Of a stretch of 64,000 nt of DNA, positions 12,842-23,812 are shown one piece after another (the stretch's first letter is position 1; each line of letters starts with the position of its first letter). This DNA comes from Dimorphilus gyrociliatus (taxonomy: Eukaryota > Animalia > Annelida): assembly GCA_904063045.1 (NCBI GenBank), contig CAJFCJ010000024.1, positions 434,001 to 498,000 of the forward strand, given 5' to 3'. The notes under the pieces are model-generated. The model was not told the origin of the DNA, did not search any database, and saw only the letters and a list, made by a program, of their open reading frames with translations. A program made the translations under genes and the position numbers.

Positions 12842-13992
12842 GTTTTTATCAAGTATTTTAGTATCTAAGAAAGGAAAAAATATACACAAATTGGAGATAG
12901 TTAATCTGTCATCATAGTACCGGAAGCGGAATAGATATAATGTACAGCGCCGTCTACAGGGACTAATTTTACCAGACAGACGGCGCAGAATCCTATAAAA
13001 GGCTTACAAACTTCCTTGTTTAATTTCTCCAACAAAAAACCCTTAAGAAAAAGTTATCAAAATAAACGTACTTTTACAATGAATTAAATAGCCAGAAATC
13101 TATGCATAGAATATTAATATAATAGTCATATACTGTATAATATTGCATAGAAGGAAGAAAGGGGTATGACGTAGTTTAAATAATTATCCTATTAATTTAA
13201 TCAAATTTTTACAACCGAAATAAGCTATTAATCCAGAATAATCTTTAAATCCAATAAAAGGTGCTCTAAATTTTTTCATATAATTTTCTCTACTCTAGAA
13301 GAAGAAACAAGGGAACATTTTAAATCTATAAAGTTTCCTCTTTCTAATTAATTTCCTTATACAATTCAACGATTGATATATACAGTAAACAAATACATTA
13401 TACGCATTTGTTTATATATACATATTACATTAAGGAAAAACGGAACCTTAAGCGCTATAATTGTAATAATTCCCATTACACTAAGTTAATTTCTACTATA
13501 TTATCTATAAATAAAGATCGTATCACAAAAATAGGACAGTAAACTTAATTTATTTTTAAAATCTCGGTTAGAAATTGCCATTAACTTTATTTTTTTAGTG
13601 AAGACCGTCTTATACTATTGTAGTTTAATGACCGTTCATACATTGTAACATACTATACAAAATTTAGGTCATACAGGATGGCGTTCTCTTTATTAACTTT
13701 ATTAAATGTAGTGTCTTTGATTAACATTCAAAATATTAAAAATAATATTTTGTCGAATTCTTATTTAAAGCTCCTTAGAAAGATAAATTAATAAGAACAT
13801 GTAAATAAATGACAAATGGCTTTAGTGTTCCTTTCAGAACGTTTTTTTTCTCTTTTCTGCTAATTTCTTTTATAGATCAAAAGGTTTAATATTTAAGATA
13901 AAACTTACTTGTTTCTCCTATTTTTTAAGTTAAATATTACAAATACAGCAACTTATTTTTCGAGGTTAATTGTCACTATTAACTGATTCTTT

Positions 13993-14594
13993 TCCAATTT
14001 GATCGTCAAATACAGAATTTTCGATAGAGGGAGCTTCGAATGTTTACATTGATGGTCTGGTTATATTATCGCTCACATGTGCTCTGATTGATCTCGTAAG
14101 AAGCTCTTAAAAGATGCCTAATCAAAACAAAAATAAACGAAAGAGTGAAACTGCATTAGTAACGAAAGCTGCCGTGTCAAGTCGATTGATGAAAACGTTT
14201 AATAAACGAAATAAAACAGAATTAAATAGTAAGATGTTAAACAACCTTTAAATAATAAATTGGCCGTTACTTATATGAACTGAATTCGTAATGTGTAATA
14301 TATTAAGTACATTTTACAGATGAGCCTCTCTTCCAAAATAATTCTTCCGATAATGACGATTCTGAGTCAGAACTTGCTCTACCGGAAATAAAATTCGTAG
14401 TGTCAAATGAACCAACATCTCCAAAAGAAGTATTTTTACGAATGTGTAAAGATAACAATATCAAAGTAGAATTTTTGAACGAAGAAATCATAGAGAAAGC
14501 GGTCAAGAAGAAAAAGACTAAGAGAAGAAGTAAACAGAAAAATAGAAAAAGAGATAGTAGACCGAGGAATGAAGATGGAAGTTTAGTAGGATAA
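13993..14594 (+). CDS. Probable 3' exons of an unidentified gene
   Basis: Acceptor TACAG at about 14319 opens an acidic-then-basic frame (DEPLFQNNSSDNDDSESE...KKKKTKRRSKQKNRKRD) that ends at 14594. Upstream exon-like segment about 13993-14095 (SIEGASNVYIDGLVILSLTCALIDL) ends at GTAAG. I could not build a full model. Confidence 0.35.
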
Positions 14595-14856
14595 AACACG
14601 TTCATATAATATTTATATGTATATATTGTTTATTTTATTGATATATTTCGTTTAAAATAAATTCTCTATATATAATAAGTTCAGACTGTTCGTAAAATAA
14701 TGGTAAAAAGTTCAACTATTAAAAAACAGATAGGTGGATTCTATAATAGAGTCCAACTAAAACTTTACTAAAACAAATGTACGAAAAATTCAAGCTTTCT
14801 ACTTCTCTCAAAGCCTTCTGTATTTATATTAATATATGTTTTTCTTGTTATTGTTA

Positions 14857-16932
14857 TTATTTTATAATTGCTTTTTGAGCTTTTCTGACGTTCCAATTAA
14901 GGCAACCAGCCAGGGATTCAAACCAATCAGACATTTGATCGCTAGCGCAAATACTTGGAACTGGATAAATTGAAGTCGTTACTCTTACTGAATCTCCAAC
15001 GTTTAACTCCTGTCTATTTCGACCATCGAAGGAAACCCATGCCGAAGTTCTCGATTGAGGGGAAACCGATAGACGTATTTCAACACCAGCCGGCACTACA
15101 ATAGGCCTGAAAGATAGTGAATGGGGGCAGATTGGCGTTATTAGTATTGCAGGAATGTTCGGATGAAGCATACTGGCTCCAGCAGCGGCAGCATAAGCCG
15201 TACTTCCTGTTGGCGTTGCAATAATGATTCCATCACCCTGAACTGAAGTCACGAGTTTTCCTTCAATGTATAAGTCAATATTTCCCAAATAAGATGAGGG
15301 TCCTCTATCCAGGACAACTTCATTTAGCACCTTATCGTATAAAAAACATACTTAAATTTATGAAATTTATAGACTTGTTTATGTCTAGTCTACAAAATGT
15401 TTCATTGATCCTTTCAATACATTATCAAAAGAAACAACTATATTCATTCAAAATCGGCCGTAAAAAAAGTTTATTTTATTTTAGACTAGGCAAAATAATC
15501 TTGGGAACGTATCTGCAGTTTGAAAGAGTTCAATTCATTTAAAAAATAGCCCTATTCATTAACTATAAGGAATTTATATATCTTATTGGCTGGATAAAGC
15601 TAGGCTTTGAATGAAACCTATAACATACTGTAACGATTTAACATAGTAAGATTGTAAGGGTAATTGGTGATTTAATAGCTTACAACAAATACATTTTTAA
15701 TGTTAGGAATAGCAGGTTGTTTAATAAGCGATCGTAATAAAAACTTACCAGAATGTCTTTGCTCGTGTCAACCGTTTTGAAATCATGATTATTAATGTCG
15801 CAATGCTTTTCCTCATTTCCATCTTTACAGATTACACACTTTAGGCGAGTTCTTAACGTCAAGGCAGCGTTCCCTGAAAAGAAATACGTTAACAATATAG
15901 AGTATGAGTATTCAACAAAAACTAGAATAAATAATAACTACCTTCAAGAACCGAAGATACTCTCTCTTTAAAATCAGAAAAGTCAAAGGGAATAAGGAAA
16001 CCCAATGATCCTAAATGAAATGCCATAACTGGTGGAACACTTTGCTGTTTGAATTATTGAAAATGATATAAAAGTCTCTAATTAATCTATTTGTAATACT
16101 TGGAATAATGACGAGACGTAGAGTAGAGTGCCATCTCCTCCAAGGCAAATTACGAAATCAATTCGATTGGTCAAATTATCTTTTTCTTCTTCAAAAGTCT
16201 TGACATTGTGCTATTTTAAATAAAAGTTTAAAACAAATACCTCTCAAATTGAACGACATAAAAATATATCTTACGCAAATGTAGTTGTAGTGTTCATGTT
16301 CCATCAGGTGATCATCGTTTAAAGCTTTCTTTTCAACGTGAACTACCATCTTCTTTACGGAAATTAACCATCTAACCAAGTCAACAAAAGGCTGAATAAC
16401 TGATGCATCAAAGATTTTCTTGATAACGAGTACGGCGAATGGAGGTTTTGACCAAGCTAAACGTTGACTACTTGGATCCTGAATTGTGCTTTAAGAATGC
16501 AATATAAATCAATAATACATACACACAAAAACAGCACCATTACTTTCGATTAATAAAAAATTCATTATATACTTACAGGACGGCTGATTGTGTATGAACA
16601 ATGCAGGCTTTAGGACCGAAATTAACGTTTTGGGATGCGCCATAAAGTGATTTAGTTCGTCTGAAAATACACAATATAGAAAAAAACTTAATTATTTCAG
16701 TTACTATTTTTCAAAGTTAGCTTTTCTACTAAATAAATTATATTAAATAAGAGCGTTTTAATATATTTAAATAATTAAACAGTTTACTAATTGATTATCG
16801 CTATTGGTTTTATTTATTTTGGTAAACCTTTTATAACTATTAAAATGTATATTCTTTTTATCCTCTTCCTCTGTAAAAACATCCGAATAGTCGTTAATCT
16901 TCGATAAAATCATCATATCTTTACGACTCTTG
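14857..16932 (-). CDS. NADK: NAD kinase (5' end uncertain)
   Basis: Exons 16932-16828, 16660-16577, 16488-16275, 16210-16100, 16044-15942, 15873-15749, 15330-14857. Motifs RRTKSL, FGPKAC, IQDPSSQRLAW, LGGDGTLL, FHLGSLGFL, LNEVVLDRG, GDGIIIATPTGSTAY, PICPHSLSFRP. Confidence 0.95.
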
Positions 16933-19592
16933 CTGCAGAATTAATGAATGCAAACAGCGTCCAGTAAATTATGATTAAAGAAAGTAGAGTAAAGAGCGAA
17001 ATGAGATGCTTTTACTATAGGTGGTCTTTCCGTCATTATACTCAGGGAGTATCCTTAAAAAAAGACGACGCTCTGTTTAAAGATTTTTTTTTCGAATAGG
17101 TATGTTCTATGTGAAATAACTTCAGATACCCTAGAGAATTCAATATAGAATTTTTCAATAGTAAAAAATACCTAACGATTCACAAAAGGGCTGTTCAATT
17201 CGATACTGGACATAGTTAATACTTAAATTAAAAAGAGCCTTTATTTTCTTCCCATATTTTTTCTTCTACTCGGATGAATAACAACTATTTTGTAAAAAAG
17301 TTATCTATGAGAAAAACGAGCTAATAATTCTCATATTCTCAATGACTGACAGTTATTAGTATACTAACAAAGAACTGCTGTATAATATTTTGAAAAAAAT
17401 TCAAAGAAAACCTAAAAATGAGAGATTTTCAATTATTCCAAGTACAGTAAACAGACGTGTATAAATGTTTTTAAACGAAAATTTGTATACAATCAGCCTG
17501 AACAGGCGAATTAATTTATCGAAAACAAGAAAGGAACCTGTTCTTTGACCCATTGGAAAATACCCAAAATTTGAAAGCGAAGACAAAAGAACACTGGTTA
17601 TAGTTAACAAGACAGATATATAAATAGCAGTGCCACGATAAACCCTCTGTTTTGTTTTACTACCTTTTGAATAGCCCGGAAAAACTGTTACGATAATGAA
17701 GAATGAAAAATTAGAGCCATTAACAACTATCACAATTAATAAAAGTTAATTAATATAACATATTATAGCTGTTCCGTTAACTTAGAATGCTTGTTTAAAG
17801 CGCTATTGTTTTGATGGACAACACATGATGTTTTCGCAATAAAAGTACATTATTTTTATTAAATAGAAAAACCATAGGTATCTTATTAGCAATATAACAG
17901 TCTTGTTATTATTACCATTATAATATTATAAATAGCTCTTTAAGAAGCCTAAATCTTCTTTTTTAAATATTCTAACAAACATTCTTTATGATATTGTTAA
18001 AATGATTATTTATAAAGGGACTATTAATGGATAATTTACAAAGCACTCTCGGATAAATGATTTAATTATCAAAAGAATATCTATACCTGAGAAAATTTTT
18101 CAATCTTATAACGCAGCCATCTTTCAAAACTGTTTTAATATCATCTATATCTTTATTTTCTTCAATTGCTACCATCCTTGGCCAAGTATTACTACTTTCT
18201 AATCCCTGACAGTCAATTTCTTGACTGTCAATATTGAGTTCTTCTCCTTGTTTCAATATATGCAGTTCAGATTCTTCGAAAAGATATGAGGTTCTCTTTC
18301 TTACTTTGTTTGGCATGTTGCATTCAACAGGTCGTTTGAAACAGTCAGTTCTACTCTGGACAGCCATTCATGTAGATTCATTAACCTTGGTAACACATGT
18401 TTTTTGTCAGATCCCACTAATGCAACAATAAACTTTAAATTTCAGCTTTTGTATGCTGCATTGATAGCTAAAATTATCATGCGCCCCACATTCGATATTC
18501 AGTGTTTTTACTATAATTACGCTGTAATATTCGTCTGGTGTTGACAATAATTTCAACAACACATGAAAGAGGCCAAGAATATCGATCTTAATAAATGGAC
18601 AACTTTCAAAGAGATTATTATATGCAAGAATGTAATTCCTAGTTAACCAAAATATCCAATAAGAGTAGACTGTCCCAAATATTGAGATCAGGTGAGGTGA
18701 AATAGATATTTCTCAACTGAAAGATAAGATGCTCTACGGTTTTTTTTTGTCTCCAATAATCAGTTAAAAGAAGGTGTAAGGCTTATTTTAAGCAGCAGAA
18801 TATCAACTTATATAATAACCTTTGAATTGTTACTGATTGTGTAAATACTACACTCGCTCCATCTATTGAAAAAGGTTTCAAAAAATTTCAAGCTTTTTGC
18901 AGAAGGTTTTTTAAAGTTTGAATATATTAGTATGTATAGGCATATACGCAAAAATGCATCTTGAAATACCTTTTACCATGCAAATATATCTAATTTTCAT
19001 AATATAAACCATATGAGACCTAATTCTTACACTTTGGATTGAACCTGTCCCACTTTTGAACTTAGAAAATTTTGCTTCGAGTAATTACAACATACTATAC
19101 AGCATACTGTAAAGTACATGTACAGTTTATTTATATAATAAATTTTTATCTTACCCGCAAAGATGGAGACTTTCGTTTCTATTATATCTTGAGTCCCAAC
19201 AATTTGCTTTGAAACTATTTCTCATTGCTGCAGATGAATCGAGTATATCAGATTCTGAGATGCTTCTACTGGTTGATTCCCTTGTAGGACGAACATCTTT
19301 GTGGTGGTCATTTTCAAAGGAATTATCAGCGAATTTTACACAGTTATTCGGCTTTGATTTTAATCCTTTACTGTTACAGTTAATCATCGTGGGTTGGAAT
19401 TCTTCGATGGAATGATAATATCTTGATGATTCGAAACCAAAAATGAGATGATTAAGAGAATTAGAGTTGCATCATCTATGATACTCGTTCTCTGATTTGA
19501 TAAACCGTAAAATCCATTATTAAATACATCCTGATTGCAATAATATGATTTGTCATAATTGGAAAGTAAGCAGTATAAATGATAAACTTTAA

Positions 19593-19612
19593 AACATTAC
19601 TGCTTCCGGTTT
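19593..19612. promoter_or_regulatory. ETS-like CCGGAAG core in the SDHC upstream (possibly bidirectional) promoter
   Basis: CTTCCGG at about 19602-19608, roughly 75 nt upstream of the SDHC ATG. The motif is short, so support is weak. Confidence 0.3.
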
Positions 19613-19679
19613 TTACATAGTACAATTCGAATCGGAAAAATTACTCCAAGGTTAAGGTGAAGGTTCTTTAAAGGACAAA

Positions 19680-20946
19680 ATGGCGTTATCAACACTTCGG
19701 TGAGATATTTTTTCAATGATTTTCAATGATAAGTCCCTTTAAAATATTCGTTTTTTAATTTAGAAGGCTTTAAAAATTATAAAAAATAAAAATTTATATT
19801 TGATTTTCAAAATTGTGTAATAATCTTATTATTATCTGGGTTTTTTCAGTGCTGCAAGATGTTCTTCTCTTTTCTTAAAGCAGAGCTCCTTCCTGATGAA
19901 GAAGTAAATAGTTTTTTTCATATTCACAATTGTCTCTTTTTCTATTTAAACGTAGTAATGATGCATAGTAAGAATTATCTTAAAATTATATTTTCTTAAC
20001 CTTAATATGCAAATGAGTTGTGAAGCAACTTTCTCCTTGCCATTTATGAAGGATATATAAAGGATAGCAGTACTATATATGCATAGGTTTGGCGTAAAAG
20101 CTCGCATCAGAGGTCACAGACAGGTACTTGTTACCTAATAAAGGCCTGTGGGAAGGTCTGAGAAGGCCGATTTCTAGGCTCTAGAAGGGTCCCAACTGTA
20201 AAGTTGGGTGAGGGAACCAGAAAATGACCGGCTGGACGCGAATATGACGCGAGACGTCTAATCCCCCTGAAAAGGGATAGACGGATGTCCGCGTTGCAGT
20301 TAGGTTGGAAGCTCTCACGGCCGGCTATGTGAGTCCGATTTGCGAGGTGAACTTGGTTCATAACTCGATTCAGACTACTCTTACGCCAACCTTTTTTTTT
20401 TAAATTTTTTGTTCAACTTTTAAGTATTTTTGTTTCCCCAGCTCTGCTGCTCCGATGGCTCTATCTGCACACGATCAAATGAAAGAGTTTTGGAAAAAAA
20501 ATGAAAAGTTAAATAGACCATCATCACCATGGATTATCTATTGGCCACATTTACCCATGATGACATCTCTCGGTCATAGAACTACTGGGATTGTTTTAGG
20601 AACTGGCTTGTATGGAATTTCCATCGGTGTATTTTTAGCACCTGGTGATTTTAACTCAATAATACAAGGTATTCAATCGTTGGAAATAGCAGCACCAATT
20701 ATGTGCGCTCTCAAATCAATTGTTGCTTTTCCTTTGGTTTACCATTACATAAATGGGTTAAGACATTTGGTTAGTAAAATTAAATATGCAATTATGCAAT
20801 CAAAATCTTTATTAATATATAAATATTAACAGTCTTGGGACGCTGGATATGGATTTAAACTTAACACGCAATACAAAACTGGAATCTTGGCATACGGATC
20901 AGCAGCAGCTATTGCTCTTCTTTTGGGGTCTCTATCCTACTGGTGA
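19680..20946 (+). CDS. SDHC: Succinate dehydrogenase cytochrome b560 subunit (171 aa)
   Basis: Exons 19680-19699, 19850-19903, 20442-20769, 20833-20946. Transit-peptide-like N-terminus, FWKKNEKLNRPSSP, GHRTTG, YHYINGLRHL|SWDAGYG. Confidence 0.93.
20007..20061 (+). promoter_or_regulatory. Putative type 3 Pol III promoter of the RNase P RNA gene
   Basis: Octamer ATGCAAAT at 20007-20014 (about -76) and TATATAAA at 20054-20061 (about -29) relative to the predicted 5' end. I could not recognise a PSE with confidence. Confidence 0.55.
20083..20392 (+). ncRNA. RPPH1: Nuclear RNase P RNA (RPR/H1), intronic in SDHC
   Basis: P1 helix AGGTTTGGCGTAA (20085-20097) pairs with TTACGCCAACCT (20381-20392). 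CR-I GGGAAGGTCTGAGA at 20150-20163. Hairpin CCCAACT-GTAA-AGTTGGG at 20191-20208. AGAAA, TTGGAA and CTCACGGCC..GTGAGT follow in the expected order. CR-V ATAACTCGATTCAGACTACTC at 20360-20380. Confidence 0.95.
20392..20401 (+). terminator. Pol III terminator (T10) of the RNase P RNA gene
   Basis: Run of 10 T starting at the last base of the P1 3' strand. Confidence 0.7.
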
Positions 20947-21780
20947 GAGAAGTGTTAACGAAGAAACCGTTTTCATTAGACTGAACGCTTGATAACATGA
21001 AAGATGATAATATTGTATTAAACTTGTATTTATAACAGAAATATTATCAAATGATCCAACAAGATAAACAAAAAGATTTGAATATTTTTGATGTTAAAAA
21101 GATGTAGTTCACTTTTTTCCCTTTTCAATTTACATATTCAATTTTTCCACAGAAATGAACACAACTTTTAATTTGAATATTCAGGCATTAGCGGTATTTT
21201 TTAAGTTTAAGTAATCACAACTGAAATGAATGAAATAGAAAATCTATTTTGATCATTCTGTTCTATATTCTATTTTTAAATAGAACAAATAATGTCCAAC
21301 TAGATATTTTGATGCTTCTTAATGAAATACTTGTAGATACGCACTCTTAAGGAATGATAATATACAAGTAAATATACAGTATATATACAGTATATAGAAA
21401 TTTATACTATAAAGTATACATAGATGATGTTTTCATAAGATTATTTTGTTAGGACAAAACAAATTTATGAATAATTAATATTCATAATTAAATTAATTAA
21501 CATAGTAGGAGATCTTTATTTAGTGAAAGCGCTCTCGAATGCCATTGAATTGAACAAACAATTAAAAGGACCGTATCCTTTGTAAGGAAATTTTCCATTG
21601 CACAACTCAAAACGGCGCCAACCATCTTGGCGCCAAAAGCAGCCGACGATCGGCACCCCAAGTCAATTAGGCTACATTGAAATCTCCATTACTTGAACAG
21701 CATCTGGCGTAAGTTGAAATCATTTTCGCTGAATAAATACAACATAATTGTATAAAATTATATATCAGATAGAGAAAAAA

Positions 21781-23812
21781 ATGAATTTAATAAAGATTAT
21801 GAGCATTTTCCTTTTTCAATTATTGGTTAGAACAGGTTAGTATAAAGATTAGAATCAGCTTTTGTTCGCAATTCAAAAAAACTAGAGAGAAAAATGGCCT
21901 ATGTATGAATATATGTGTAATATATCTTTTGCAAACAAGAGAAAATTCATTTCGTTAATTCCTTTACTTGTTAAAAGAAAGAAAACGAAGATAAAACTCT
22001 TAAATATTTCTCTCTTCTTAGATTCAAAGAAATGTAAATTTAAGGATACTGATTACCAAATTGGAGAAAGTTGGCGATCGTCATTTATATCTATGAATAA
22101 AATTTGGTGTATAGAGTGTGAATGTTTAAAGGTTAGTTAGTACGATTTAATAAATTAAATAGATATTGTTACATAAAATTACAGAAAATTGGGATAAAAT
22201 GTTCAAGTAAACTATGTTCAAAGCTAAATTGTAAACGAAACGAATTATTTTACAAAAGCCAAGAATCTTGTTGTTCACTTTGCTTAAGTAAGTAAAAAAA
22301 AAAGCTTTCATTTATTTTATTATATATATATACTGTATATATCTAATATTTATGAAAGAATTATTCTATAAATCAATACAGTAGATATATCTTTTCTATA
22401 TTATTAAAGAAGAGTTTACTTTAAAAAATAATATACTAACTTTTACATTCAATTGATATAATATAAGCTTTTCATATGCATTGTTAACCTCATAATCATT
22501 TCCCGCAATTGTAACAATGTAAAAAGTTGAATGATGACGTAAGAGCAAAGGGGGGCTACTTTGTAACAATTTGGCCTAATTTGCATTTTAAAGTCTTGTC
22601 TTTAAACAATTATCAATGTAGTAAAAGATTATTAATTTTTATAGATACTAAATCTAAGAGAAAAACTTTTGAACAATATCCTGCGAATCAACCGAAAGTA
22701 GAAGTAAATTCTACTAAATTTGAAAAAATAAAACATCAATCAACGTGCCAGATTATTAATAAAAATGGGAGAAGGATTAGAGATTGGACAGCTGAAATCT
22801 CATTTACAAATCCTTTCCAATGTAAATTGTGCTCTTGCGTTGTAAGTATCTTTTTCATTTTTTATTATTTCGTATCTCAAAGGATATTTACCTTGTTATG
22901 CCATCTGCCGACTATCTTTACAATTAGACTGTAACAAACTATTTTGCTATCTCTCATTAATTAAACAGTTATATTACTTTATGTAATCAAACAGATAAAA
23001 TTAGATAAGAAAACTTGATTTAATCGAAAGTTCTTTTATAATTAAACGTTCTTTTATTTTTACTTTTTAAATAAAACAGGGCAGTTTCCAATATTGTTTC
23101 ATTCAGTCATGTCCGAATTTAGACTGTCACAGAACCTCTAATAATGTCAGAATTTGCTGCCTAAATTGCCTAAAAAGAGGTAAATTTTATTATATAAATA
23201 AAATAAGAGAATTTAATAAAAATAGATTTTCATTCTAGAAATCAGATTAGAGAAATGTGAATCAAGATTATATACAGTTAGTAGCCATAAAGAAATGAAT
23301 GGATCGAAAATATCATTGAAAGTTCTATTCGAAAACTTAAGGAGGAGGAAATCGGTCCTTTTTATATGGTCATTTCAATATGGTAAGTCCTTCAGCGACT
23401 AATCTATAAAGCACAAAAGATCTCAAAAAAAGTGTACGCGTTTAATTCACTTCAATAATCCATAAATCTGATAGATGAATTAACTTTTAGAGTATCAAGG
23501 TGGCGCTACGCAACCTTAATCTCTTTTAGTACGCTTCAGAGCGATTCTTAAGGGATTACTATACTATTTTTACATTCTTGGTATTATTTTTCTCCATCAG
23601 TTATTGGTAAATCTTTCCGAGTGAAGAAGATTACTTTAAAAGATCGTACTCGTTTACCTAATTCAATAAAATATGGCCTTACCACTAAGGACCAATTGAG
23701 AACCTTTAAAAGGCAAATGAACCGAATGTGGAGATCGAAACCCGTGACTCTACTAAGCTCAATTTATAACAAACTCAATCAATTACGCTTCTTGAGAGAA
23801 ACCTACTGTTAA
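21781..23812 (+). CDS. Secreted chordin-like protein: two VWC repeats plus a CHRDL-type C-terminal region (about 324 aa)
   Basis: Exons 21781-21835, 22022-22131, 22185-22287, 22645-22841, 23080-23179, 23239-23382, 23475-23528, 23601-23812 (975 nt, in frame). VWC1 CKFKDTDYQIGESW..WCIECEC..C..LC..LNC..SCCSLC; VWC2 CQI..CKLCSC..YCFIQSCPNLDC..CCLNC. Confidence 0.75.

Noticed and set aside
17401-17733. 110-aa hydrophobic minus-strand ORF
   Set aside because: Non-ATG start, composition explained by T-richness, no motif or joinable splice sites found.
20131-20361. 76-aa minus-strand ORF
   Set aside because: Antisense to the GC-rich RNase P RNA.
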